DNA of 63,949 nucleotides, counting the filler, from Octopus bimaculoides (taxonomy: Eukaryota): the NCBI RefSeq assembly GCF_001194135.2. It is 6 parts of 6 records of this genome, joined end to end, with 100 filler letters (N's around TTAATTAATTAA, not from the genome) between each part and the next. Parts side by side here need not be neighbours in the genome. Positions count along the whole stretch, not along the records: positions 43,455 to 62,257 come from NC_069003.1; 5 more parts are not named here. One strand, 5' to 3'. The notes beneath the pieces were generated by a model. It ran no database searches. It was given only the letters and a program-made list of their open reading frames with translations, and was not told where the DNA came from. Shown piece after piece: positions 48,939 through 62,357 of this stretch; position 1 is the first letter of the stretch; each line of letters begins with the position of its first letter. The translations under genes were made by a program, and so were the position numbers.

Positions 48939-49989
48939 CAAAAAAAAAAGCCTTATGTTGCTGTTGGTTCCCACCCACCAGAAGTGGGAGTGGGGGGGGA
49001 CTTGTTCAAGCTCATATGTCTGGTGCATTGGTCAGCTAAGGTCAGTTGGTCAAACATTATAACAACATACTTTAAAGAGGCCCTCTACTGCACACCACCA
49101 ATCTGATCAACTCTCCATGACTGCTCCCTTAACCCTTTTGTAGGGAGATGATTTCATTAAAAAACCCTTTTATCTTTTATTTGTCTCAGTCACAGAACTG
49201 CAGCCACGCTGAGCCACTGCCTTGAAGGGTTTAGCCAAACAAATTGACCCCAGGACTTCTTATTTTTAAAGTTAGGTACTTATTCTAACAGTCTCTTACG
49301 CTGAGACCACTATGTTATTGGGACGTAAACAAACAAACAAACACCAGTTGTCAAGTGGTGATGGAGAACAAACACATTTTTGCCTTTATCTTTTTTGTTT
49401 TCTTATCTGCTATTCATCTCCTGTATGTGTGTGTGTATATGTTTGTGTGTCTGTGTATGCATATGAGATGCATCAGAAGACAAACAACGCACAAACAGGC
49501 CTTGTACTAACTGCACTGAGGGAGAGAGAGATAAACAAGACATCGTCCTTCTTGAAGTTGACAAGAAACAATGTCATCATTGTAGAACTGATGTAGAAGG
49601 GGAAAAACCAAAACAAAAACGCTTCTAATGCATAAGGAAAAAGCATATGAGAGAGAGAGAGAGAGAGAGAGTGGGGGGTTTTGGGTGTGTGTGTACATCT
49701 TTATGTTAGGAATATATTTCTTTTTATATTATTTTTCTCGTCTTTTTTATATTATTATTATTATATTATTATTATTTATATTATATATTATTAATATATT
49801 ACGATTTTTCTTGTTTTTTTTTCCCAGTGAGTGTCAGTCCAAATTGGTAACACACGTATACTTGTCACTTGTAATAATTTTACATCCATGAAATAAGTGG
49901 GGAAAGTAAAAAAGAAAACACGTCTTCTGTTCCCTGGAGGCTGCTACAGTGGCAGTGAGAAAGAGGTGATGAAAATATATATTAAATAA

Positions 49990-50295
49990 TCGTCATCATC
50001 ATCGTCGTTATTTAATGTCCACTTTCCATGCTGATATGGGTTGGACAGTTTGACTGAGGAATGGCAAGCCAGAAGGCTGCACCAGGCTCCAATCTGATCT
50101 GGCAGAGTTTCTACAGCTCGATGCCCTTCCTAATGCTAACCACCCTGAGAGTGTAGTGGGTGCCTTTTACGTGCCACAGGCACGGGAGCTAGTCAGGCAG
50201 TACTGGTAACAGCCACACTCGAATGGTACATTTTACGTGCCACCAGCATGGGGAGCCAGTCAGGTGGCACTGACATCGACCACATTTGAATGGTT
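49990..50295 (-). mobile_element. SINE family G with internal ~50-bp tandem repeats and (GAT/GAC)n tail
   Basis: TTTAATGTCCACTTTCCATGCTG.. start; repeated TTTTACGTGCCAC unit. Confidence 0.75.
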
Positions 50296-50672
50296 TCACC
50301 TTGCTCCAGTCTTCCTTCTGACTGGTGGAGGGATGTTGACCTGTTTGCCTAACCAGTAGGGAGGTGTCATTTGAAGGTTAAAACAACACAAAAGTGCATG
50401 GTGACCAGCAATGTGTAACAACATCAGATAGCCTGGTCAGTCACGTGATCACAAGAAAAAAGCTAGCAGAATCACTAGCACACCAGATAAAATACTTAGC
50501 AATATTCTGTCTGTCTTCACATTCTGAGTTCAAACTCCACTGAGGTCAACTTTGTCTTTCAATCCTTTCAGGGTCAATACAATGAGTACCAGTGGAGCAA
50601 TGGGGTCGATGTAATCAACTTAGCCCCACCCTTGAAATTGCTTGCATTGTGTCAAAATTTGAAGCCAATATT

Positions 50673-51210
50673 GTGTAATAGACTCATGGTGCTTATTCTT
50701 ACAAATCCATTAATCTACCATTTGAATTTATTCCAGATAATCTTCTAAGAATTTACCTGTATCTTCAGGTGGACCACAAAGTCCCTTATATCCTGTCAGG
50801 GTCAGTGGTTTTTAATATTGAAGTGTAATAAGACTGATGGTGCTTGTTATTTTACCGAGTCAACAATTCACCATTTCTGTTTATTACAGATAATTTTTCA
50901 GGAATTTTCCTGCGAGTATTTTCAGGTGAACCATAAAGTCCCCTATGTCCTGTTGGGGGTGGGGGTAGACAGTGGTTCTTAATACTGCTGTGTAACAGAC
51001 TCATGGTGCTTGTTTTTACCAAGCCAGCAACCCACCATTTGTGTTTATTCCAGATAATCTTTGCTTCTGTCTTCTTCCAAGGATTTGCCTGTAAGGGCCA
51101 TTAGGTGGACCATGAAGACCCCTATATCCTGACAGGGCTAGTGGTTCTTAACACAGCTGTGTATACAGACTTGTGGTGTTTGTTTTCACCAAACCAGCAG
51201 TCAACTATTT
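50673..51210. repeat. Degenerate tandem array, three full units of 150-169 bp plus a partial fourth
   Basis: Unit starts GTGTAA(T/C)AGACT at 50673, 50823, 50990 and 51159; each full unit contains AGGTG(G/A)ACCA and ends (C/T)AGTGGTT(C/T)TTAA. Confidence 0.85.
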
Positions 51211-51872
51211 TTGGTTGTCCTATACAATCTGTGCCTGTCTCCTCAATCGTTTTCACAGTTATTTGTCTTGTCACTTGTCAAATTATGACTGTCCAGTGTT
51301 AATAACTGTGTCTGATTAATTATCATATTTTTGTTTTGTTCAACTGTTTATCTTTTAATCATTTATTGATAATTGCTTTTGTGTTTACAGAAGTTTTCAA
51401 ACATCTTGCAGCAGTATAACCTTTGTGATTAGTACCTCCACCAGCTGCTTCTGAGGTGGCCATATAGAAACCATTCATAATAAACCGCAGCAAGATGGAT
51501 GCTTGTAATGGCTGTGTGGTTATGAAGCTTACTTTGTAACCTCATAGTTTCAGGTTCAGTCACACAGTGCAGCATCATGGGCAAATGTCTTCTACTATAG
51601 CCCCAGGTCAACCAAAGGTTTCTGAGTGAATTAGTTAGGCAGAAAATGTATGGAAGCCTGCCATGTAAAATATATATGTATATCATTTTATATACATAAT
51701 TATAAAAGAGCAATTAATAGTTTCNNNNNNNNNNNNNNNNNNNNNNNNNNNNNNNNNNNNNNNNNNNNNNNNNNNNNNNNNNNNNNNNNNNNNNNNNNNN
51801 NNNNNNNNNNNNNNNNNNNNNNNNNNNNNNNNNNNNNNNNNNNNNNNNNNNNNNNNNNNNNNNNNNNNNNNN

Positions 51873-51928
<56 letters not shown>

Positions 51929-53708
51929 GCTTGTTTTTATGTTCAGTTATAATAACAACAATTTTACATTAATCTGATGAGTTGCTCCATGCTTTTGTAG
52001 AGTGCAAATTTATTATGTTTATACTAGAATGCTGTTGACAGTGACTTCAAATTTGGGGGCAGTTAAGAGAGGAACATATAAACATACAACCTTTACTCAA
52101 ATACTTTTGTGAACATCAAAACACAAGAAAAACCACTTCCAAAACAATTAACAAAGCCACGACATGTCTGAAAAATAACCCCAACTTTACAAATGAAAAT
52201 AAGCACATAAAATGTGGCACAGGTGCTCTTGCGCGGCACTGGCACAAATGCTATGTACATTATGCCAACATAGATGCATTGTATATGGCTCCAGCATGGG
52301 TGCTTTTTATAAGGTACCAGTACCTGTAAGGTTGCCAGGTGGCCTGCAAGGCAAGGATGTCTCAACTGACAGAGGGAGAGGAACTGGGAGATGTGGCCGT
52401 GTACCAGGTGAGAGACTGGGGTATGATAGAGAGTCAGGGGTATGACAGAGTCAGGGGTATGATAGAGAGTCAGGGGTCGCTGTCTTGCTAGAGAGGAACT
52501 ACATGGATACTCCAGTAGGATAAGGTAGGGAAGGGAAGTGGGAGAAAGAAATGCCTGAAATTTTGAGGAGGTTATAGGTTGAGTACATCGACCCCAGTGT
52601 TTCACCGGTATTTAATTTATTGACTCCAAAGTCAACCTTAGCGGAATTTGAACTCAGAACGTAATGACAAACGGAACACCGCTAAGCATTTTGCCCAGCA
52701 TGCTAACAATTCTGCCAGCTTGCTGCTTCATCAACAACAACTACTACTACTATTACTACTACTACTATAGATTGTACAGAAAAAAGAACAGCTCAAGCAA
52801 CAACAACAACAAAAAAATACTGTTATTAATGCATTTGGAAAATTGCCTCTTTTCCAACTCTTTCAGTCATCTATCAGCTGGTCAGCCAGTTATTCACCTG
52901 CCTGCCTGTCAGTCTGTCTGTCCATTCTATTCTATTCCATATTTCACAAATGCCCCTTCTACCTCTCTCTCTCTCTACCCCTCTCTCACAGCCATCCAAA
53001 CCAAATTTTAATTGCTTGATGCAGAAAAAAAAAAAACAGGAAAAAATACCTAAAAGATATATATATAAAAAAAACAACACAAAAATAAAACCAAAACAGT
53101 AACCCAGAAATCTAGGTTAAGCTTACATGACAGATACTGTTGTTGTTTGTGTGTGTGTGTGTGGTGTGTGNNNNNNNNNNNNNNNNNNNNNNNNNNNNNN
53201 NNNNNNNNNNNNNNNNNNNNNNNNNNNNNNNNNNNNNNNNNNNNNNNNNNNNNNNNNNNNNNNNNNNNNNNNNNNNNNNNNNNNNNNNNNNNNNNNNNNN
53301 NNNNNNNNNNNNNNNNNNNNNNNNNNNNNNNNNNNNNNNNNNNNNNNNNNNNNNNNNNNNNNNNNNNNNNNNNNNNNNNNNNNNNNNNNNNNNNNNNNNN
53401 NNNNNNNNNNNNNNNNNNNNNNNNNTAGAGAAGCTGAGAGACAACAGACTCTTTAGGGTAATGTCTATCTATTCCACTCTCTTCACACACACACACACAC
53501 ACACCTTTAGTTACCCTTGGTAGTTTTTGGTGGATGGTGATGGCTGGTTGGTTGGCTTGTTGGCTGGCTGACTGGCTCAGTTTGGCTTAGCTTGGCTATC
53601 ACTAGTTGAGGCCGATTGGTCTGGTGTTAGTTATATTTAGTTGATCTCTTAGATAAATAATTATCTCCCCACCTCCCCACACTCCCATACAATTGTGTGG
53701 AATTAGCC

Positions 53709-53747
<39 letters not shown>

Positions 53748-53889
53748 AAGAGAAAGAGAGAAAGAGAGAGAGAAAGAAAGAGAGAAGGAGAGAGATCTGC
53801 TCCCACAGCAGAAAATAGCCATTCCTGGTTACCCACTACAAGAAGGAGATTATCAACCATAGGTTATTGAACTGGCATTAAAGTGGTTA

Positions 53890-54812
53890 TGGTAAGCTGG
53901 TATTGTCAGTGCATCAGACAAAATGCTTAGTGGCACTATTTTCAGCTCCTTATGTTCCGGGTTCAATTCCTGCCGAGATTGACTTTGCTGTTTCATCCTT
54001 TTGGGGGCAATAAAATAAAATACATGTTGAGTACTGGGGATTGATGTAATCGGCTTACCCGATCCTGCTAAAATTACTGGCTTTGTACCAATATTTGAAA
54101 CCATTAAGACGGCAAACTGGTGGAATTGTTAGTGCATCGAACAAAACGCTTTGTAGAATTTCTTTCAACTTTATGTTCCGAGGTTGACTTAGCCTTTCAT
54201 CCTCTCAGGGTCAATAAAACAAATACTCATTGAACATTGGGGTTGATGTAAGTGACTTACCCCATCATGCTAAAATTACTGGCCTTGTGCCAAAATTGGA
54301 AACCACAAAGGCCCCGAACTGGTAGAATTGTTAGCCCATCAGACAAAAGGTTTAGTGACATTTCTTCCAGCTCTTTACATTCTGAGTTCAAATCCTGCTG
54401 AAGTTGACTTTACCTTTTATCATTTCAGGATTGATAAAATAAGTACCAGTTGAGCACTGGGGTTGACTTAGCCTTTCATCCGTCTGGAATTAATAAAATA
54501 AGTACCGGTTGAGCACTGGGGTTCATGTAATTGCCTTACCCTCTCTCCTTAAAATTACTGGTCTTATACCAAAAATTGAAAAAATTTTGGAAGGTGGTGA
54601 GCTGGCAGAATCGTTAGAACATCGGACAAAATGCTTAGCAAGCATTTCTTCCAGCTCTTTACATTCTGAGTTCAAATCCCACCAAGGCTAACTTTGGCTT
54701 TAATCTTTTTGGAAGTCAATAAAATAAGTACCAGATGAATACTGGGTTTGATGTCACCAACTTGACCCCTCCCACTAAAACTACTGACCTCCAGTCAAAA
54801 TTTATAACCATT
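53890..54812 (+). mobile_element. Head-to-tail cluster of four diverged family B SINEs, followed by an inverted copy (about 54890-55080)
   Basis: Units at about 53890, 54108, 54310 (with an internal duplication) and 54591; each ends in TAAAA(T/C)TACTG...A(A/T)AACCA-like sequence. Confidence 0.8.
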
Positions 54813-55080
54813 AATCACAGGTAATAATGGATTACAGGTGATCCATTTGTTATTTGCTATGGGCAGCTACAAATATGGAAAACTTTGAAGAGAGGATGGT
54901 TATTCTACACCATCAGCTCCTGTAGTTAACTGGCACTTTCTTTTATCAACCCTGGAGGAATGAGAGGTAAATTTGACCTGTATGAGATCTGAACTCAGAA
55001 CTTAGAACATAAAGAGTTAGAAGAAATATCACAAGATATTTTTTCTAATGCCCTAATGATTCTGCCAATCCACTATCCTC

Positions 55081-55116
<36 letters not shown>

Positions 55117-55118
<2 letters not shown>

Positions 55119-55478
55119 GCACTGAGAGAGCACAAACCTCTGCCAAGGCAACACCAACATCCTCTCAATGATTAGCCAGAGATGATTTTTAAAATGAGAA
55201 TATCTGAAATAAACACGACTGCTCTCTCAAACGAGAATACTAAAAACGAACCTGTCTGCTCTCAAAAATTAAGTAACAGAAAAAAACAGGAAAAATTATT
55301 CAGAATCCTTGTCTGGTACCAGATCGATCCCCAAATCTAATCAGTTCATGACAGTCATGAGGCCAAACATTCCTGAAAGTTTCATCAGAATCCATCCGCC
55401 AGTTCTTGAAATATCTTGTCCACGGACAGACAAACACAAACACAACTGAAAACAATACCTCCGCCCTTGCTAAGGTAG
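55117..55478. mobile_element. Non-autonomous DNA repeat, possibly Helentron/HINE-like
   Basis: Subterminal CCTCTGCCAAGG (left) and AAAACAATACCTCCGCCCTTGCTAAGG (right); inserted in (AAT)n. Confidence 0.4.
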
Positions 55479-55726
55479 AATAATAATAACAACAACAATA
55501 ATAATAATAATCCTTTCTACTGGAAACACAAGGCCTTAAATTTGGAGGAAGGGATTAAGTCGATTACATCAACCCCAATGCATAACTTTTTGGGGTCAAT
55601 TAAATAAGTACCAAAGTTGACCCCAGTGGAGTTTGAATTCAGAACGTAGTGGCAGACAAAATACCACTAAGCATTTCACCTGGCATGCTAATGATTCTGG
55701 CAGCTGACTGCCTTAATAATAATAAC

Positions 55727-55782
<56 letters not shown>

Positions 55783-58304
55783 TAATAATAATTACTGATT
55801 TGACAGAATAAAGATTAGCTCAATAAAGAAAAAAGAAGAAATGCAATGTTATAACTGCATTTGGAAAACTGCCTTGTCTCCAACTCTTTCTTCTTCTACT
55901 GGTCAGTTATCAGATAAAATCAAAGCAATTAAGTCAAGGATTGGACAGGTCACAGGTCAGGACTGGCTGTTTACGGTGAAATCAAACATACATCATCAAA
56001 TTACAAAAAAATAAATTAAAAAAAAGAATGTGTTACCCTCAGGGTAGTTACTGTAAGGGAGATAATCCTTTCTGACAAGTCATGGGAAGGTTAGAAATTT
56101 GAATTTTCAATTGAATAAGCACAGAAATGGTTGTGTGGTAAGAAGCTTGCTTCCCTATCACATGGCTCTGGGTTCAGTCTCAATGTTTAGTACCTTGGGC
56201 AAGTGTCTTCTACTAGTCCCAGGCCAACCAAAGCCTTGTGAGTGGATTTGGCAGACGGAAATTGAAAGAAGCCTGTCATGTATTTGTGTGCGTTTGTTTG
56301 TTTGTCCCCCCGCTACCACTTGACAACCAATGTTGGTTTGTTTATGTTCCTGTAATTTAGTGGGTTGGCAAAAAATGACCAATAGAATAAGTGCTGACAG
56401 TTGACAGGAGCTGGCTAGGTAGAAAAACTACCCTAAGCTATTGTGTCTGTTTTGGCAGGGTTTCTATGGCTGGATGCCCTTCCAAATACCAACCACTCCA
56501 CAAATAATTTGGTACCCAAATGAGCAAATACTACCAGGGATAAGGAGCCTTATCAGCTGGTTTCAGAAAGATCATCCCAATAATGTGCTATGTTGTGCAG
56601 GACAGATGGACATGGAGGCCCAGGCCCATAATCACTGATGCTTATAGACATGCTACATGATGAGAGAAGTTAGATATAATCAAAACTGGACACAGGCAGC
56701 TAGCTCGTCGAAACTAGTCCAAAGTAATCAAACATTATTGGGATATAATTATCAAGACAAAAGGTGCCCAAATATAGGCAATATTGATCAGAGATAATGA
56801 GATAATGACTGTCATTTGCCATGATAAATAGAGATGGGTGTTATTGATTTGTGTGATCATCACTGATAACCACGAACCAAAGTCACCATTAGCTTGATTT
56901 AGCAACACAAAGATAACATTTGCCAGAGATAGCTGTGTGGTCATCATTAGTCATTTGATTAATGATGCCATACATGAGACAGAAGAGAAGTCTGCATTTT
57001 GGTGGGGAAGAGGGGTTGCGAATAGGTGTGAGAGTAGGGGTCCTGGAGGAGAAGATAGTATATGTAGCACCAAGAGGAGTGATAGAAGTGTTAGATGATC
57101 CTAGGGATCGGTAGTATGCAACTCACTCATTCAGAAGATCAAAAACCATATCAGTAGTAATGGAATAGGCAGAGGGAAAGGGCAGCCATACAATTTAACC
57201 CAAATAATAATGTTTTAGGCTTGTACTTATTCTATCAATGTCTTTTGTCAAACCGCTATGCTACAGGAACATAAACAAACCAACACCAGTTTTCAAACAG
57301 TGGAGGGAAATATACAAGTAAAAGACAGACTTTCACACAGTTTCTGTTCCACAAATTTACTCACAAGGTGTCGATCAACCAAAGGCTACAGAAGAAGACA
57401 CTTAACCAAAGTGCTGTGCAGAGGGACTGAAACTGAAATCATCTGGTTGCAAAATGAACTTCTTAACCACACAACCAATCCTGCATCTGCAGTGACTGTG
57501 TCTTTATGATACTTTGTCTGTCATGTCTGACCACAGGGTGACATTTTCCATGGACATTCCAAAAGCTAGGAATGGTCAAAGACGGACGGTAAGGAACAAG
57601 GGTTAACTAGAAATGCCTTGAGATGGCTTAGTGAGCGAGGAACAACCAAATAACCAATTACAGACATAAACAGCCAGAAATAATTGGGAAAGATTATCAG
57701 AGATAAAGAGACCATATTTAGAGGCAGCAATAGAAAAATAATATGAGATAAAAAAAATAGATGAATAAATCTTAATGATAAGCAATGTGAACAAGAACCA
57801 ACCAGAAATATGAGTAGCGTAAAAGGATAAATAAACAAGAAACAAGCAGAGAGTTGTTAATCAAATATAGCTGGAGATAAACAGGATCTCTGTTTAGAAT
57901 AATTCATGGCTGTGTGGTTAAGAAGCTTGTTTTGCAATCATGTTGTTTCAGGTTCAGCCCCACTGTGTGGCACCTTGGGCAAATGTTTTCTACTATAGCC
58001 CTGGCCTAACAGATGCCTTGTGAGTGGATTTGGCAGAAAGAAACTGAAAGAAACCCACCATGTCATTTCATGTCAGTCTGTCCATGTGTGCATGCGTGTG
58101 TGTTTGTGTATGTCTGTGACTGTGTGTGTTTACCTTCATTCCCCACCACTGTCTGACAACCGGTTTTAATTTTTTTATGACATTCTCTTTTACTTGTTTC
58201 AGTTATTTGACTGTGGCCATGCTGGAGCACCGCCTTTAATCGAGTAAATCGACCCCATGACTTATTCTTTGTAAGCCTAGTAATTATTCTATCGGTCTCT
58301 TAAT

Positions 58305-58513
58305 AAGGCGGTGAGCTGGCAGAAACGTTAGCACGCTGGGCGAAATGCTTAGCGGTATTTCGTCTGCTGCTACATTCTGAGTTCAAATTCTGCCGAGGTC
58401 GACTTAGCCTTTCATCCATTCAGAGTCGATTAAATAAGTACCAGTTACGCACTGGGGTCGATGTAATCGACTTAATCCGTTTGTCCCCTCTATGTTTAGC
58501 CCCTTGTGGGCAA
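58305..58513 (+). mobile_element. Young family B SINE abutting an antisense family A SINE tail, probably nested in it
   Basis: Near-consensus AAGGCGGTGAGCTGGCAGAAACGTTAGCACG...GAGTTCAAATTC; family A sequence stops at ATCGGTCTCT just upstream. Confidence 0.85.
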
Positions 58514-60269
58514 NNNNNNNNNNNNNNNNNNNNNNNNNNNNNNNNNNNNNNNNNNNNNNNNNNNNNNNNNNNNNNNNNNNNNNNNNNNNNNNNNNNNNNN
58601 NNNNNNNNNNNNNNNNNNNNNNNNNNNNNNNNNNNNNNNNNNNNNNNNNNNNNNNNNNNNNNNNNNNNNNNNNNNNNNNNNNNNNNNNNNNNNNNNNNNN
58701 NNNNNNNNNNNNNNNNNNNNNNNNNNNNNNNNNNNNNNNNNNNNNNNNNNNNNNNNNNNNNNNNNNNNNNNNNNNNNNNNNNNNNNNNNNNNNNNNNNNN
58801 NNNNNNNNNNNNNNNNNNNNNNNNNNNNNNNNNNNNNNNNNNNNNNNNNNNNNNNNNNNNNNNNNNNNNNNNNNNNNNNNNNNNNNNNNNNNNNNNNNNN
58901 NNNNNNNNNNNNNNNNNNNNNNNNNNNNNNNNNNNNNNNNNNNNNNNNNNNNNNNNNNNNNNNNNNNNNNNNNNNNNNNNNNNNNNNNNNNNNNNNNNNN
59001 NNNNNNNNNNNNNNNNNNNNNNNNNNNNNATAAAGAGATTAAAGTACACTTAAAGAGATGATGAAAAGATGTGAACAGAAATAAACATCAAATCAATAAC
59101 ACACCGTTTGTCGAAATTTAAAGAATAAACCAGCAGTCCATATGGCCCCTGGGGATCCATATAAAATTTTTGAGGGTTCATGCAATGAAATAGTAAATTG
59201 GGGATCCACAAGAGCTGGGTTTCTTTTTCTATCATTTTACATAGTTCAGTTTAACAGAAGTAAATGTGGGAAAAACAAAATAGGGATTTTGAAAGGAGTT
59301 TCTAAAAAGGGTCCACCAGAATAAAATAGTAATCAAAGGGATCCACAGAGAAACAATGGTTTAGAGTCCCTGGAATAAACAGTTGTAGTCATGTGGGACA
59401 CAGTAAGGTGAGCAAATATAACTATTTCAGAACTGTTAATATGTCTATTTAACCCTTGTGATATCAACCTGCCCAGGACAGGCCCAAATTCGATAATATA
59501 GACTTACTGTTTTAAAGTGGTCTAAGTTATAATCTTCCATCAAAAGTTTATGCTCAAGAACACAACACACCACCTAGTTCAGGAATCGAAACCACAATCT
59601 TACGATTGTGAGTCCAACACTCTAACCGCAGCCATGCACCTCCACATTATATGGACTAGATTAATTAGACATGAACAAAAAAAAACAAAAGAAAAATGGT
59701 ATTTTTATTTTTTAAATGATTTGGTCTGGAGGCATTCCAGGAGACATGAAATCAACTCAACTAATAATCAATAAATTAATTAGAATAATAACGATAAGCA
59801 GCAGGGAAAACATGGCATAAGTACTTTCTGAGGAAGATAGAAAGGACAACGGATGTAATGTGGTTGATAATGAGAGGAATAAGATTTGGGGAGTTGGTGT
59901 GTGTGTGTGTGGGGGGGGGTCTAAGTGGGGTGGCAACAAACTAGCCGGTTCTGAGAAATAGAGCCCACTCTAGTTATCCTCCTCTGACTCATCATCATTT
60001 AACTTCTTTTTTGCTATGCTTGCATAAGTCTGACAGGATTTTGTTGAGGTAGATTTTCTATGGCTGGATGCCCTTTCTGTCACCAACCCTTAACTGTTTC
60101 CAAGCAAGTTAAAAATATTTCCCCATGATCAGACATTTTTCATGAGAGATTAGAAGCAAACAGCATCGCTTGTATAACAGTGATGCTCACTTACAGCCAA
60201 CACGTAATGTCAAGACAGGTTTACAAACAAACACACACACACACACACACATGTACACGTACACACACA

Positions 60270-60568
60270 TTAAAAAGTATCCAGTCCACACTGTGAAGTG
60301 GTTGGCATTTGGAAGGACATCCAGCTGTAAAAACCATGCCAAAACTGACCTTGCCTGTGCTGGTACCACATGAAAAGCACTCAGTCCACTCTATGGGGTG
60401 GTCAATGTTAGGAAGGGCATCCAACCATAAAAACCATGCCAAAACAGACACAGAAGTCTGGTGTAATCATCTGCCTGGCCAGCTTCTGTCAAACCATCCA
60501 ACCCATGCCAGCATGGAAGGTGGACGTTAAACAATGATGATGATGATGATGATGAAGATGATGATGAT
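60270..60568 (+). mobile_element. SINE family G with (GAT)n tail
   Basis: GGAAGG(A/G)CATCCA..TAAAAACCATGCCAAAAC duplicated internally; ends CCATGCCAGCATGGAAGGTGGACGTTAAACAATGATGATG. Confidence 0.8.
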
Positions 60569-61168
60569 ATATACACACAATGAACTTCTGTTTCTGTCTA
60601 TGAAATCCACTTACAAGGCTTTGGTCAACCCAGAGCTATAGTAAAAAAAAACATATGACCAAGGTGCCACACATGGGGTTTGAACTAGAGACCACATGGG
60701 TGGAAAGCAAGCTTGTCAACCACAGTCACACATGTGCATTAACATTCTCATGCTGGGAACTGACCTCAAGTTGCATGAGGTAAAGCCAAGAATCGTGTAG
60801 TAGAGATGGAAAAGATGGAGAGAAAGAGGATATATTACGACAATGGGACAGAGGCCAGAGTGCATTGGTCAAGGAATTCATACCAACAGGCACAAACCTG
60901 GCTGTGTAGTGAGAAGTCTGCTTCTCAACTACATGATTTTAGGTTCAGTTCCACTGCGCAGCACTTTGGGCGTCTTCAACTATAGCCCCTGGCTGATCAG
61001 TCTTGTGTATAGATTTGGTAGATGGAAACTGAAAGAAGCTTGTCAAGTGCGTATGTATGTGGGTGTGCATATGTGTGTGCATGCGCATGCATGTGTGTGT
61101 GTGTGTATGTACATATAAACTGACCAAATAAGAGAAGTGAAGCAAGAGAATAGGCACGCACACATGCA

Positions 61169-61199
<31 letters not shown>

Positions 61200-61334
61200 A
61201 TCTGCATATGTGTGTGTGTGTGTATACATGTGAGTCTGTGTTTATGCCCCTCCACCACTTGACAACTGGTGTTGGTTTGTTTACATTCTTATAACTTAAT
61301 GGTTTGGCAAAAGAAACTGACTGAAAAAGCACCA

Positions 61335-61371
<37 letters not shown>

Positions 61372-61372
61372 A

Positions 61373-61563
61373 TATTAGGGATAAAATCCAAAATTACAGG
61401 TAAAAACTCAATTAAAGTCAATTTATTAAAAATTAAATTAAATTAAGTTTCACAGTATAAAATATATATACTTATTTATTGTACTTTTAATTATAAATTT
61501 TTTCTATATGTGACAGTGGATTTTCATCAATGAGTTCATAAACCTTGGTTATTTTCCCTAATA
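61373..61563. mobile_element. About 190-bp element with imperfect 19-bp terminal inverted repeats in (TA)n
   Basis: TATTAGGGATAAAATCCAA (61373-61391) and TTGGTTATTTTCCCTAATA (61545-61563). Confidence 0.55.
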
Positions 61564-62257
61564 CTATATATATAAACATGCACAAGGGTCAATAAGTTTG
61601 ACTAAAACCCTTCAATGTGTTGCTCCAGCTTGGCCGCAGGCCAATAACAGAAAAAAAAGCTCCAGAGGTAAAAGAGAAACAAAATAACTGGGTGGTCTTC
61701 TTTTGCGATGTAGTTTCGGCCGTCAGCATATGTAACATCAATTATATGCCAGTCAAATAAATGTAGGTTAATGAAAACATAAGCGACATCGAAAATAGAA
61801 AATGGCCTAAACTGAAAATAACAGCTTGTTACTTTATTATTAAAGTGCTATAGAAAAGAATGCTTTTATTCAATCTACATCATAGGAATACAATTATACC
61901 ATATATATATACACTATATTTAAATTATATACACTATATGCTTGCTTGTATATGACTTTTAAAAAATATATACAAAGCAAAAAAAAAGTAGTAGGTGTGA
62001 GTAAAACTGGTAGGAAAAACAGCAGACAGAAGTTTTATTCACCAATTACCATGGCTAAATAAACAGTCCACCAAAAATATATAAAAAAGAAAGACCAGAA
62101 AAAAAAAAATGAATAAAGCTAAAATGAGAACTATCACTCATCCACAGACTTGTCATAGCAACAAGTTCACAGAAGCCGAAACCAAAGTAAGAAATAGCAA
62201 CAACAAAAAAGTCATTGTTTGCCATTTATGAAGACTTTTCTTAAAGATAGAATTACT

Positions 62258-62357
62258 NNNNNNNNNNNNNNNNNNNNNNNNNNNNNNNNNNNNNNNNNNN
62301 NTTAATTAATTAANNNNNNNNNNNNNNNNNNNNNNNNNNNNNNNNNNNNNNNNNNNN
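62258..62357. other. Artificial spacer 5
   Basis: 44N-TTAATTAATTAA(62302-62313)-44N. Confidence 0.97.

Noticed and set aside
56657-56724. ATGATGAG...CTCGTC-GAAAC-TA-GTC
   Set aside because: It has an attractive ACUAGU palindrome, but C3 is missing and no stem I can be formed.
56750-57880. Possible CR1/L2 endonuclease and RT traces on the minus strand
   Set aside because: Only isolated GDF- and ISKAF-like hints among many stops; not supportable without a profile search.
61705-61730. CTGACGGCCGAAAC on the minus strand
   Set aside because: It is too short to contain both the core and stem II, and has no NUH or stem I.
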